Of a DNA stretch of 64,000 nucleotides, positions 36,413 through 50,400 are shown one piece after another. A program made the position numbers and the translations under genes. Each line of letters begins with the position of its first letter. Within the stretch, counting starts at the first letter, position 1. This stretch comes from Macrostomum lignano (Eukaryota), in NCBI GenBank assembly GCA_002269645.1, contig NIVC01003257.1:19708-83707 (forward strand). Direction: 5' to 3'. The notes beneath the pieces are model-generated. The model was not told the DNA's origin. It made no database searches and saw only the letters and a list, made by a program, of their open reading frames with translations.

Positions 36413-36864
36413 CGCTCGAGGAAACCTGTCAAACGAGTTCTGAATACTAAATTCCGAAAAGGAGCAAAAAGTAAACAAAATTGCTGCAATTCAATCAGTC
36501 ATACAAGCAAAGTATCTAAGAGGCTGTGAAAGCATTATTATGCACAAATTTATTGGTGGCGTAAAACTTATAGCCAGAAATTGCTTTATACAAGAGAAGG
36601 GAGGACAGGGTTAAAGTGGAAGCCAGCTAATGAATCAGAAATATGGAGAGTCAAGAGAGAAAGTGCTGGATTTAGACAAATGATGAAAGTGATTATAGGC
36701 TTCATTATGCTACTTGCATGCCAAGATTCACTGAGAGTAGCAAGAAACGCGCATTGCAGTAATTTTGCAGAAGTTCTTTCGTTTGGCATTGGAAATCCGT
36801 ACTTCTGTACAGAAGCTGTACAAATGCAAAATTCATTGTACAAGTACAAAATAGACTGAAACTG

Positions 36865-37130
36865 ATTGGGACTCCTGACTCATGGGTTGGGACTCCTGGG
36901 ACTCCTTTTAAACTCCTCATGGATTGGGACTCCTGACTCATGGATTGGGACACCTGACTCATGGATTGGGACTCCTGACTCATGGATTGGGACACCTGAC
37001 TCATGGATTGGGACTCCTGACTCATGGATTGGGACACCTGACTCATGGATTGGGACTCCTGACTTAATGGATTGGGACTCCTGAATTAAATGGATTGGGA
37101 CTCCTGACTCATGGATTGGGACTCCTGACT
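36865..37130. repeat. 21-bp minisatellite downstream of the LAS1L stop
   Basis: Unit GGATTGGGACTCCTGACTCAT. Confidence 0.92.
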
Positions 37131-37242
37131 CAACAAATTGAAATTAGAATACCAGACTCGCGGACTTGGACTTATCACAAACTGTGATTTCAGAGAACAG
37201 CAGTTAAAAGGTCAAATTAAATCCCTATGATTATTTGAGCTC

Positions 37243-40200
37243 TTAGGGCAGGCAGCCAATAGGCAGACAGTCCCAGTCAACAGACAGATCCCTACGCCAT
37301 GGAGTCTCGCCGTTCTCCTCAGTTGATTTATCGTCCGAATTTTCCAACGGTCGTTTCCGACTACTATTAGAGCTACGTTTTGTCGACAGGTTTTCATCAA
37401 GTAGACCAGGGGATTGCTCGGACACGACCTCATTTAGAACGCTTAGCAAGCCTTGCGCAATGGGTTCTGCCAGTTCGGGCTCGTGCAGTTTCACAATCAG
37501 CTTGGCCAAGGGCGCCAGCCGAGGGCAGAGGTTGGCAACGCAGTAGCGACGCAGCAGTTTGGGCCAGTCGATAGCTGAGCGGCTGTGCCGGCGCAGGCAG
37601 TAGGCCAGGGGCGGTCGCCGGCTGCCGTCCGGGAATACCACTCGGTCCAAACCGGTGAGCCAGCCTAGCGACCAGGTCTGCTGGGGATTTGGGAGGCGTT
37701 GTTTTAACTGATTACAGATCCCCGTGCCTACCTAATTACAGATCCCCGTGCCTACCTAATTACAGATCCCAGTCACTACCTAATTACAGATCCCCGTGCC
37801 TACATAATTACAGATCCCAGTCCCTACCTAATTACAGATCCCAGTCCCTACCTAATTACAGATCCCAGTCACTACCTAATTACAGATCCCAGTCCCTACC
37901 TAATTACAGATCCTAGTCCCTACCTAATTACAGATCCCAGTCCCTACCTAATTACAGATCCCAGTCCCTACCTAATTACAGATCCCAGTCCCTACCTAAT
38001 TACAGATCCCAGTCACTACCTAATTACAGATCCCAGTCATTACCTAATTACAGATCCCAGTCCCTACCTAATTACAGATCCTAGTCCCTACCTAATTACA
38101 GATCCCAGTCCCTACCTAATTACAGATCCCAGTCCCTACCTAATTACAGATCCCAGTCCGTACCTAATTACAGATCACAGTCCCTACCTAATTACAGATC
38201 CCAGTCTGTATCTAATTACAGATCCCAGTCCCTACCTAATTATAGATCCCAGTCATTACCTAATTACAGATCCCAGTCCCTACCTAATTACAGATCCCAG
38301 TCCCTACCTAATTACAGATATCAGTCATTACCTAATTACAGATCCCAGTCCCTACCTAATTACAGATCCCAGTCTGTATCTAATTACAGATCCCAGTCCC
38401 TACCTAATTACAGATCCCAGTCACTACCTAATTACAGATCCCAGTCCCTATCTAATTACAGATCCCAGTCATTACCTAATTACAGATCCCAGTCCCTATC
38501 TAATTACAGATCCCCGTGCCTACCTAATTACAGATCGCAGTCCCTACCTAATTACAGATCCCAGTCCCTACCTAATTACAGATCCCAGTCCCTACCTAAT
38601 TACAGATCCCAGTCCCTACCTAATTACAGATCCCAGTCTGTATTCAATTACAGATCCTAGTCCCTACCTAATTACAGATCCCAGTCTCTAATTAATCAGA
38701 TCCCAGTCCCTACCTAATTACAGATCCCAGTCCCTACCTAATTACAGATCCCAGTCTCTACTTAATCAGGTCACAGTCCCTACCTAATTACGTCCCTCAG
38801 TCTGTATTAAACTCTCTTAGACCTAAAACATTTAACAAAAAATAAGCAGCCCAATTACCAGCAGCAGTTCCGACGCAGGCTGAGAAGCCCCGTTGCCATC
38901 GTCAGCAACCGCGGCAGCAGCTAGCAGCGTCTCCTCCATCAGCTTTGGCACCAAGTTGCACTTTTTCAGCACGCCAATCATTGGCAACCAGAAGGCCGCC
39001 AGAGCGTCGATTGTAGCGCTTCCGTCACCGCCGGTCATAGCAAGCAGGAGTCCTCGAATCCAACGACGATTTTCGACTTCACTGGCGGCCAATCGACGCG
39101 CTTTGACACCGTCCAGATGAGCATTTAGCGCAGTGGAATTCTCCGCCGAGCTGGGACTGAGCTGCAGGCGGAGGAAGCGCCGCACAGACAGAGGAGGCTG
39201 GGCTGATGAAGCTAGAGAAGAGGACCGCTGCAGCATTGATATTGATGAAGAGCAGCGCTTTGCCTGGGGTAGCCAGAAATTGTTGCTAAGCCAGAGCAGC
39301 GCTTCTCGGCAGGCGTCAGCCAGGAGAGGCGCCTGCGGCAACAGGCCGTGACACACGTCGTGTCTGATCTGCGGAGCGGAGGAAAGGTGTGTGGAATTAG
39401 GGATTAATAATCTGGGATTAGGGATTGAGAATCTGGGATTAGGGATTGGGAATCTGGGATTAGGGATTGAGAATCTGGGATTAGGGTTTGAGAATCTGGG
39501 ATTAGGGATTGAGAATCTGGGATTAGGCATCGGGAATATGGGATTAGGGATTGGGAATATGGGATTAGGGTTAGGGATCGGGAAAATGGGATTAGGGATT
39601 GGGAATCTGGGATTAGGGATTGAGAATCTGGGATTAGACATCGGGAATATGGGATTAGGGATTGAGAATCTGGGATTAGGGATAGGAAATCTGGGATTCG
39701 AGATTGAGAATCTGGGATTCGAGATTGAGAATCTGGGATTCGAGATTGAGAATCTGGGATTAGGGTAGGGATAGAAAATCTGGGATTAGGGATCGGGAAT
39801 CTGGGATTAGGGATAGAACATCTGGGACTAGGGATCAGGAATATGGGATTAGGGATCGGGAATCTGGGATAAGGGATCGGAAATCTGGGATTAGGGATCA
39901 CGAATCTGGGATTAGGGATAGAAAACCTGGGACTAGGGATCAGGAATATGGGATTAGGGATCGGGAATCTGGGATTAGGGATCGGAAATCTGGGATTAGA
40001 GATCGGGAATATGGGATTAGGGATAGAAAATCTGGGATTAGAGATCGGGAATATGGGATTAGGGATAGAAAATCTGGGACTAGGGATCAGGAATATGGTA
40101 TTAGGGATCGGGAATCTGGGATTAGGGATCGGAAATCTGAGATTAGAGATCGGGAATATGGGATTATGGATTGTGAACCTGGGATTAGGGATCGAGAACC

Positions 40201-40772
40201 CAGGAATCGCTGCTCACCTGAACCAGCCAATCAGGAATCCCCATCGACGCGGCCACTTTAGTCACAGGTACAGTATAAGCCATCTGTTTAGTTCGAGTCT
40301 CCTCTTCGCCAGCCAACAGACTAACAAATCTTTGGCCAGCATTGGCCATAGACTGCCGTTCGCCTAGCAACAGTGCCTCGGCCAGTTCCGCCGTTGCCAG
40401 CACAGCCCTAGGCAGCTGGTGCTGCTCAAGACGGGCCAACCAAACAGCCAGACGAGTGCACAGATCTGCAAGCGCCTGCGGTTGAGTCTCTAATGGTGCG
40501 AGCTCAGCTAAGCTGGCCACTTCAATGAATTCTGAGGCGTCCCGCCATGGCAACACGCGCCAGTTCTGCTGCTGCTGGTGCTGGAGATGACAGTGATAAT
40601 CTTTGCTGACCAGTTCATCAGGTTGCTTATCATCTGTAGCGTCACGGCTACTGTCTGTGGTTAAGAATCTGGCTAAATTGATTGTCGAATTTAACGCTGA
40701 ATTATTATTGAAACCAACTTGATTGAAGGCGACTGGTTCGGTTGGCACAGTCAGCTTTGCTTGCTTGTGCAT
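37243..40772 (-). CDS. LAS1L: Ribosomal biogenesis protein LAS1-like, 500 aa
   Basis: Exons 40772-40218, 39368-38859 and 37680-37243 form an intact frame. Las1 motifs RVLPW, LAVWLAR..LP.AVLATAEL, QRFV, MGIPDWLVQ|IRHDVCHGLLP, ALLWLSNNFW.PQ and C-terminal W....VDWDCLPIGCLP. Confidence 0.9.
37712..38800. repeat. 24-bp minisatellite, LAS1L intron 2
   Basis: Unit TAATTACAGATCCCAGTCCCTACC, ~45 copies. Confidence 0.97.
39398..40195. repeat. ~21-bp TTAGGG-containing minisatellite, LAS1L intron 1
   Basis: Unit CTGGGATTAGGGATTGAGAAT and variants. Confidence 0.95.
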
Positions 40773-41369
40773 ATTTATTATCTGAATTTGGTTTCTGAAA
40801 ATTATTTTGAAGGAACATATTTTGTTTTTTTTCAGGAGTCAGTCACATTTTTGGTCAAAAAATAAGTCGCATGCCTGGTGTAACTCAATGGGTTGCGCAT
40901 GATGTTTGTACTTTTATCACTACCAACAATGTTTTTTGGCTTTTGAGCACTTTTTGTCCTCTATATTAAAGTTTATGAGGTTAACAATAGACATTCAATA
41001 AAGCAATGATTTGAATATACAATAGCATTACTACCTTTTTTATAACCAAAACTGTGGGTGAATGACTGAGAGGGCATTAATGATAGAAATGCAATGTGCT
41101 AATAACTATTCTAGCCAACACTTGCTTGTAGTGACATTTGCTTCAAATCAACAAAGATTTGGTATTTTACACCAAGCTATTGCTTATATTTCATGACAAT
41201 GTATATTCAGCATTTAATATTTTGAATTCTAAATAAAGAATGACTTTTTATTAAACCACTTTTTCTCACAAAAAAAAGTCTATTTATCTAGAGAGTTTTG
41301 CATCCAACAATGACATTGAAAAAGCAGTTTTTTTTTATATTAAAAGGTAGCATTTACCCCTATAGAGGT

Positions 41370-43670
41370 GAACAACGACAGCCATCAGGTCTACCTACAG
41401 AGTTTGGAGACTGACTTGGACGAAGATTCGGAGGCCACCACTCCAGTAGCCCTCCCAGTTGAGCGCCACTGCTCAGATCTTGGTCGAAAATTTACCACTG
41501 AGGAGTCCCGCTGCTCTCCCATGAGCCGACAGACTCAGCAGGTCAAGCCATCTCATTGCTCTTCCATGAGCCTGCAGCCAACTACCTATCATGATCGCGT
41601 GGACAATATGTCTTGCACCATGAAGCACCTTTGTCCTACGCCAAAACCAATGCATTCCTATGCAGAGGTGACGAAGTCTGCATTTAAGGAAGACAGAGCA
41701 TGTACAGCTGAAGCATCTCCCTAGCTTGCAACTTGTCAAAGTCTGCCGCACTGCCGAGCATTGCTCATGGATCATCTGAAGCCGCATTGCCGCGCAACAA
41801 GCTCATCAAAGCTCAATAGGATGACCTAGCCATCAGCTACATCTATAAGTTTATCAAGGAAAATCAACTGAAATCAGGTTTTGACAATTGATTACAACTT
41901 AGCAGGGAGCAATGGAACCTGCTAGGATACTACAAGTTACTATTCTTTGAGTGAGATCTACTCATGATCAACATGACAGAAAAAGACACTCCACCAAAGA
42001 TTGTCTTACTGGAAGCACTCGACAACAAAGTTTTTAACAAGCTCCACAATTTGCCTTTAGCAGGTCACCAAAGACTGCCCAAAGAGTGCACAAAAGATTC
42101 TGGCGAACAGGTCTAGTCCGAGCTATTGAGACCTACATCAGCAAGTGCCGAACCTGCCTAGAGAGCAAATCACGACGAAAACAGCAAGTGCCAGTGCAGA
42201 GTTTTCCTGTCTGCAAAGTTTTTGGAAGACTTCACATGGATGTGATCAGACCAATTGCGCAACCATCAAAAGGAGGTCATCGATACATCCTGACACTGCT
42301 GTGCAACATCAAAAATTCCGATAGCTTATCTGATAAGAAATCAGAAAGCTAAAACCATTATCTGATTACTTCAGGACTGTTTCATTCCAGAATATGGAGT
42401 TCTAGCCTAGATACACACTGACCAGAGAACAAACTTTACAGGAAATGCCTTCAAGAAATTCTCCAATCTCTACACAATCAGGCACATGACAACAACACCA
42501 TAAAATCCAGATCCAACAGACTGGTAAAAAATTTGAACAAGTGTCTACAAGATTTGACAGAAGGCCAGTTAGGGCTTGAAAAGAACCTGACTGCTTGGTT
42601 CTTAAACCAAAGTCAAAGTCCTACTTGAGCCAGTTAATTAACTTCTTCCACCGGCCTTGTGCCTGTTCTAGCGCTGAAAAGCAACGCTAAGCATCATGAC
42701 TAGCAAGGAAAATAGAAACGTTGAGATTGCACACCTTCCAGGACACCCTTGCTGGCCAGTGGGCACAAGCACATGCGGCCTGTACTGCCAGCTAGCAGGA
42801 CACACATTATCCCTATTCTAAGCCAGGACCTATCTCGCAGCCAACGTAGCCACTGGGATGTATGTCCCAAACGAGATGCCAACACTGAGGTGCGCTGACT
42901 AGCACCATTGCAGCCACCTCAGATAGGAGATCAACTAGCTATTGCTAGAGAAAGAGCTGCTGCCATCAAGCTCCATCTGGACCTGCCAAAGGCAATCATG
43001 GCTGATGCTCGGCTACTGGCCGCAGAAGCAGCTAGAGGAGTTGCTGCCCCGCAGGAACTACCACCAGTGCAACCAACCCATGGCTCACCTGCTCAGTCAC
43101 AATCACCACTGGCACAGCCAACCTGTGGACCACCTGCGCACAGCTCGCCCATTCGGCAGCAACCACAAGGGGACGGCGACTTGTTTGACCTAATTGGCAG
43201 CGTATCCAGCTTGCTGCAAGAGAAACCCAGTGAGGAGCTGCTGCCGGCGATCTAGGAGTTGATGGCTCTAGGCATGCAGGCCCCGCCAGAAGTGCCCTTC
43301 CAGATCTTTTAGACCTGAGAGTGACGTTCTGCGCACACTGCCTCCTCTAGATTCGCCGCCTCCAGTCAATTACTTGGGAGTCTTGTTGCCGCCCGATGTC
43401 ATCAATCTAGACAACTACCTGCCACTGCCAATGCCTCCATTGCTACATTTCCACTACCCCTTGCCAGTTCCGACGCCTATTAGGCTCTTCTCCCGAGCAG
43501 AACTAGCTGATGCTATTGGTCCCACCTATTGTCGTAGCAATCTGATCTATTTACCAAGCTGTATGCCAAGAGGGCATGCCAGGCCCCTCTGTACACCAAG
43601 TTGTACACCAATGGTATACTCTAGGTCCCTTTTGTACACCAGAATTTTCTGGCTATCTGGAGTTTAGCCC
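41370..43670 (+). mobile_element. Decayed Ty3/gypsy pol remnant (linker + integrase)
   Basis: LIKAQ*DDLAISYIY linker, HNLPLAGH...YISKCRTC (HHCC finger), FGRLHMDVIRP, GHRYILT and YGVLA*IHTDQRTNF (DDE core), with many stops and frameshifts. No LTRs identified; boundaries approximate. Confidence 0.78.
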
Positions 43671-45867
43671 TATTAAAATAAGTGGACAAAAAGCATTTGA
43701 CTTTCTGTTACAATTTTGGAATTTTTTAGTGTTGCATTGTAGCTAGAGTCAAGGCAGGTGATGTCATGGCCAGGGGTATATCCAGGAATTTCTCATGGGA
43801 GGGGAGTGCAGAGATATGAGTAGCTATTGCTATTCATACTTGTACTTGCTAGCTCAATGGGCAGTTCACAAGAAAATTAAGTGTCATAAATCAAATATAT
43901 AGGTGCTGGGTAGGCCCTAGCTTTGAATGGCTAGTCAAGTTTCCAATTCTATGAAAATTCATAGAAATTCAAATACAAATTCCTAGATACAAATTCACTA
44001 TAGTAATTAATATGGACTAGGCAAAAATTTCTTATACCTACCAACCAGGCCCACAAAAAGTGATACATCCCTGTATCCCCCCTTTGTTTATATTAGGCTA
44101 CTAGTTGTGACACAGTGTGGTTTTCTGGTTAACATTAGAATAACTATGAGTCTATGACTGTCTTATTAAGGCTAAAATGCCTTATTATCTAATTAGTACT
44201 ATACCTATTGGCTATTAGACCTGTATTTTGTGCAAAAGTTAGGGCCTAACATGTTCTATGTTGCATTGGCATTTTTGAGCTACAATTTTATACTCTATAT
44301 TGCATATCCTTATCTAGGCCCTATAGCTATAGGCCTAGGCTTCTATTTATTTCAAAGATAGAGATAATTTGTTGTTTGTTAAGAAATGCCAATGGCAATT
44401 GCCTGGGGGTGGGGGGAAGTGATGGAGGTCTATAGTAGTCTGTTAGTATGTACTCCCTTGTCTATTAAGTATTAAATTATTAATGTACATTGTATATCCC
44501 CTAATCTATTATCAGCATGCCCATGGTCTATCAGCATATAATATAAGCCTAACCTTCCCTTTATTCTAACAGCATGGATGGATCCCCTCTCCCAATACAA
44601 TATGGCAATGCAGGCAATCCCCTTTCAATAGAAAATTATAGGCTAGTCTAAGACTCTAGGCCTAGTATGCATTGGCTTCACTAAAAAATATTAATAACAG
44701 GAAATTACAAAGAAATTTGACAATTTGATTTCATATTATCATAATGACATAATTGATAATTGATAAATCATAACCTATTCTAGTAGATTTGAATTTTTAG
44801 GACTAGGCCTAGGTCTAAGACTTAAGGCTTCGCTTAAGCATAACATCTGTTAATATTGATATAGTGGATACTGGTTACTGGATGTGGATAGCCTTACTTG
44901 ACTGACTTCTGACTCTGAGTCTCTAAGTCTGACTAGCATCCTATATACTAAAAATGAGTTGTCTATAGCTAGGCCTATGTGATAGATTTCAGAAATAATG
45001 GTTCAACTGATTTTTTTCATACTTGCACCATCTTATTCTAAATCTGCTTGACTTGGTCTTCTTGATCTACTGAGTACTAAGTGACTTGATGTCTTGATTA
45101 GTAGGCCTAGCTAGGCCCTATTCATACTGTCTGTGGCCTGTGCTTGAAATATGCAAATAAGAGACTATTATCTGCATGACAGATCTACTTTTTATTGAAT
45201 TAAATTACATACATAAACTAGAAGAAAGTCGAAGTGACGTTCGGTTCATGCAGCCTAGAGCCGCGCGCTCAATGACACTGTGTCAAATCAAGGTCAAGCA
45301 AGCATGCTTCAATGTTAAAATGCGTTACAAAAGAAAATCGAAGCCAACTTTGCAGGAAAGCGATTTATTGTAGCAAAATGCAGAGTTTTTTGTAGTCTGC
45401 CAATTAGTTCTCTCAAAAATAACTAAAGTTAGATAATAACTAATTTAAATTTTATGAGCGTAAAAATACATAGTTTTATGTTATAAACTTCTTTTTCTAT
45501 ACATATCGCTAAACCGGCAGTCGAATGGAATGAATAGATTAAACGTTTCTTGTGTTAGATTTGCGCAAAAGAGTTTTATAAAACAGAATTATGTTGGAAG
45601 GAAGCTTAAACTTCAAACGAATCTAAATCCTTTTAAGAGCTATCTTACAGCTCATTGCCTAAATTCCTATGGCCTGGGCTACCGGCTATGCCGTGGCCGC
45701 ATAGCGACATTAATAATTGCTAAGTCATAAGTGCCGGCTTGATCGATGCCGATAGGCCTTAAAAAGTTCTTGCTAAACTGTAGGAGAAAAAAAGCAAACT
45801 TAATGTTGCTTGCAGAGTTGCAGCTTAAGTTAAATGGTAAACTTAACCATTGCCAGGCAAAAAACTT

Positions 45868-45940
45868 CGCCCAATGTGGGGCTCGAACCCACGACACTGG
45901 GATTAAGAGTCCCATGCTCTACCGACTGAGCTAACCGGGC
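45868..45940 (-). tRNA. tRNA-Lys(CTT): tRNA-Lys (anticodon CTT)
   Basis: Reverse complement GCCCGGTTAGCTCAGTCGGTAGAGCATGGGACTCTTAATCCCAGTGTCGTGGGTTCGAGCCCCACATTGGGCG is a 73-nt cloverleaf with A and B boxes, followed by a T7 Pol III terminator. Confidence 0.97.
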
Positions 45941-46737
45941 ACTGGCCGAGGAGGCTTGGTTTGTTAGAGTTATTACGTTTCTTTTAAATTTAAAACACTA
46001 GGATTCTTAAACGTATTGCGAATGCTTGAAGGAATTGAACACATTTAATATTCGTGAGGTTAATTGGTTGGTAAAAATAGAGTTAAAAATCCTTCAAGCC
46101 AAATTCATTTGTAACTTTGACACAAAAAACGTTTAAAAGTTAAACAGGCTAGACAAGGCAGCTCTGTGTATTTCTATTGCTTCGTATTTTTGTTTATTTG
46201 AAAGAACAAACTATTTGATATCAACGCATTTACAACAAACCGAAATCAGCAGATAATTTTAGCATGCAATCACTTAATAAGAAGTGTTACCAACTCTACT
46301 TGCAGTAATATAAGCAGAAAATGCATTTTAATGTTGCTTGCCTCGCAATAAAAATCAGCTGCAATTTTTCATTTATTGAAACGATTAGCAACAGATATGG
46401 TTTATTATACTAGCATAGCTGCTAGCTGCAGCTTCGCCAAGTTATTACTGATGATCGGCAAAATTGCATCGAAAAACAAATGATGTGACACTGTCAACAC
46501 TGGCCATGAATTGGCGTCTTTAAAAATTAAATGAAGAACTATTAGAAAAAAACAGCTTGCCATATATATATACAACCGAAATAGAAACTTTTAAAAGTAC
46601 ACTAGAAAACTAAAATCCACGTTTGCTACGTGTAAATAAATACGAGCTAGGATAACAGTGAAATTCAAATCACTTTTCACTAGGACATTACCGTCCCCTG
46701 AGACTCTATAGTTAGAATTATGTTAATACTCGCAACT

Positions 46738-47250
46738 GGATTACCGGTTCCCAACTCAATCTCACACCTGGGTTACCGGTTCCCAACTCAATCTCACACC
46801 CAGGCTACCGGTTTTCAACTCAATCTCACACCTGGGCTACTGGTTCCCAACTAAATCTCACACCTGGGTTACCGGTCTCCAACTAAATCTCACACCTGGG
46901 ATACCGGTTCCCAACTAAATCTCACACCTGGGATACCGGTTTCCAACTAAATCTCACACCTGGGTTACCGGTGACCAACTCAATCTCACACCCAGGCTAC
47001 CGGTTCTCAACTCAATCTCACACCTAGGCTACTGGTTTCCAACTAAATCTCACACCTGGGTTACCGGTGACCAACTCAATCTCACACCCAGGCTACCGGT
47101 TTTCAACTCAATCTCACACATAGGCTACTGGTTTCCAACTAAATCTCACACCTGGGTTACCGGTGACCAACTAAATCTCACACCTGGGTTACCGGTTTCC
47201 AATTCAATCTCACACCTGGGCTACCGGTTCCCAATTCAATCTCACACGTG
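46738..47250. repeat. 32-bp minisatellite downstream of FBXW5
   Basis: Unit TTACCGGTTCCCAACTCAATCTCACACCTGGG. Confidence 0.95.
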
Positions 47251-47426
47251 TGTTACAGGTTCTTAATTATAAACACTTAAATGGGGCTATAGCTCAATAA
47301 TCTATTACATGCATTAAGATAGCAACAAAATGATTACAGATTACAAAATGATATACGTTATTAAAGTAGAGAAACCTGTAAACGCTAAATAGCAAGTACA
47401 TAATGTACTCTTCTATAATTAGTAAG

Positions 47427-50400
47427 CTACTGGCCTGTCTCCATTCTCATACTATCAGCAGTCTGCTTAGCCGCCATTCGCCTAGTCATCATTGGCTGTT
47501 GTTGCTCTTGCTGCTTCTGCTGCTTGAGCCGTTTCTGCTGCTGCAACAATCTGTACCTGCGGCTGGACCAGAACTTCACTGTACAATCGTCTGATGCGGT
47601 GGCGAGCAAACCGCAGGCTGACAGGGCGCATGCGTTGACTACGGAATCGTGACGCAGAGTGCACAATTTGGTGCCGTATATCCTGTCCCAGACGTATGCC
47701 TGCAATGCAGTGCGAGTGCCGGTGTTTTTTTACTTTTTGACTACTACTAGTAGTGCGCTTTCTATAAAAAATATAAAAAAATTGACGGATAGTGAAATGG
47801 AAATAGTTGTCATACGAATACAATTGGAAAAATAAGGCTTGGAGGTCACCAAGGTCACCGACCTCACCGATTCTAGGTTATAAATGTAAAGTCAAATATT
47901 TTACAAAACGGAACAAAATGTCGTAAGGACACAAAAGCTAGATGACCTTAAATGTCCTGATGTTCCGAAATAAAAAAGACCTTAAATTTCCTGGTTCCTA
48001 AAATCTAAACGACCTTAACTGTCCTGGCTCCAGAAATCTAAATGACCTTAAATGTCCCTAGGTCCCAAAATCTAAATGACATTAAATGTCTTGGCTCCAG
48101 AAATCTAAATGACCTTAAATGTCCATAGGTCCCAAAATCTAAATGACATTAAATGTCTTGGCTCCTAAAGTCTAAATGACCTTAAATGTCCTAGCTCCTA
48201 AAATCTAAATGACCTTAAATGTCCTTGAGGTCGCAAAGTCTGAATGACCTTGAATGTCATGAGGTCTTTAAGTGATTTTAAATTTCCCGAGATCAACTCT
48301 AAATGAACCTGAACAGACCCCAAAGGCCACCAACCAGCTAACAAATACCTGGCAGTCCTCGCTGCCGCTGCACACCAGTTGCGAGCCGACATCCATAAAC
48401 AGAAAGAAGCACTGCTGGCTGGGCGTGAAGCCCTTATGCCCGGTGTAAACACAGCCAAAGTACCGGCAAGCCAGCAGGTCGAGCACGTGAATCTCAGCCG
48501 ATTCGCTCAACTCTAAGGCGCCGATGGCGGCCGGTGCAGCAGCGAAGGCCAAGTCCCAGTCGGCGGCGTCGCCGACGGCTGCAGCTGCGGCGGCAGCTTG
48601 CGGATGTCGCCAAGGCCGCACGTTGACGAATAGGAAGCGATGATCCTGGCTGAGGCTCATGCCGATCACGTGACCGCCGACCGTTACTTCCCATTCGTCG
48701 GCGTCAATATCCGGGTTGTCGCCGACGCCAGCGACGCGGCGCGTTGAAGACTGCTCAGACAAGGAATAGATGCTGCGGCTGGCCCAGCGGCACGGGTCGG
48801 CGTCGGGATCGAAACCTGCGAGGATGGAAGCCGAAACATTGACAGATCATTGGGGACTTTTTCCATGGAAAGCCATTCTCTTAAGTCACCAGGGACGATT
48901 TTCAAGTTCATAAAAGAGAGATTCTCACGCACAGGAAAGGGCGATTCTCAAGGTCATAAAAGGGCGATTCTCAAGGACAGGAAAGGGCGATTCTCAAGGT
49001 CATAAAAGAGAGATTCTCAAGGACAGGAAAGGGCGATTCTCAAGGTCATAAAAGGGCGATTCTCAAGGTCATAAAAGGGCGATTCTCAAGGTCATAAAAG
49101 GGCGATTCTCAGGGACAAGAGAAGGCGATTTTCAAGTTCATAAAAGGGCGATTCTCAAGTTCATAAAAGGGCGATTCTCAGGGACAAGAGAAGGCGATTT
49201 TCAAGGCCATAAAAGGGCGATTCTCAAGTTCATAAAAGGGCGATTCTCAGGGACAAGAGAAGGCGATTTTCAAGGCCATAAAAGGGCGATTCTCAAGGAC
49301 GTAAAAGGGCGATTCTCTAGGTCTTAAAAGGGCGATTCTCTATGACGTAAAAGGGCGATTCTCAGAGACAGGAAAAAGCGATTCTCAGGGTCATAAGAGG
49401 TCAATTCTCAGGGTCATTAAAGATTGATTCTCAGGGACAGGAAAGGGCCATTCTCAGGGTCATAAGAGGTCAATTCTCAGGGTTATAAAAGAGCGATTTT
49501 CAGGTACAGGAAAGGGCAATTCTCAGGGTTATAAAAGGGCGACTCTTAGAGACAGGAAGAGGCGATTCTGAGTGAGACGGAAGCCAGCCAGCAATTCCCA
49601 AGTGCTTCAATGCATGAAGAGTGGATTATGAAAGCTTGGAGCTTTGGAAGTACTCCAACAGCGGCTCACCCGCGTCGCTATCCGGACCGTGAAAACCATT
49701 CAGGTGCCTCTCGTAGGCGCCAATCCAAGGCGGCCGGCAGTGCCGCAGGCGGCGCACGCAGACGCACTCGGACAGGAAGTTGTTGCGGCCGCGGTTAACC
49801 AGCAGGAGCTTCTCGCGGCAGCGGCATTCGGCGGGGTCGCGGCGGACCGAGGGGGAGACGTCGCTTGCCTTGGCTGGGTTGTTTGAGTGGGTGGGATCGG
49901 AAGGGTTGGCGCTGGGATGGGCGACTTAGTGCCGATTCTTAATGGCGATTTTTAATGACGATTTTTAATGACGATTTTTAATGGCGATTTTTAATGGCGA
50001 TTTTTAATGGCGATTTTTAATGGCGATTTTTAATGACGATTTTTAATGACGATTTTTAATGGCGATTTTTAATGGCGATTTTTAATGACGATTTTTAATG
50101 ACGATTTTTAATGGCGATTTTTAATGGCGATTTTAAATGGCGATTCTTAATGGCGATTTTTTAATGGCGATTTTTAATGGCGATTTTAAATGGCGATTTT
50201 TATTAGTAATTTTTAATGCCGATTCTTAATGGCGATTTTTAAAGCGATTTTAAATGGCGATTCTTAATGGCGATTCTTAATGGCGATTTTTTAATGGCGA
50301 TTTTTAATGGCGATTTTTTATTAGTAATTTTAAATGGCGATTCTTAATGGCGATTTTTAATGACGATTTTTAATGACGATTTTAAATGGCGATTCTTAAT

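Noticed and set aside
32414-36489. Dozens of long minus-strand ORFs (MLGQPPRSSVAGPASQILSCWASLP...), also at 18770-19073 and 54120-55712
   Set aside because: Translations of the stop-poor 28-bp satellite in all three frames; no unique sequence or splice context.
39398-40195. True telomere or chromosome-fusion site
   Set aside because: TTAGGG occurs once per 21-bp unit, not as tandem hexamers, and lies inside an intact intron.
43770-44075. Possible MITE (CAGGGGTATATCC ... GATACATCCCTG)
   Set aside because: Short, mismatched inverted ends and no target-site duplication.
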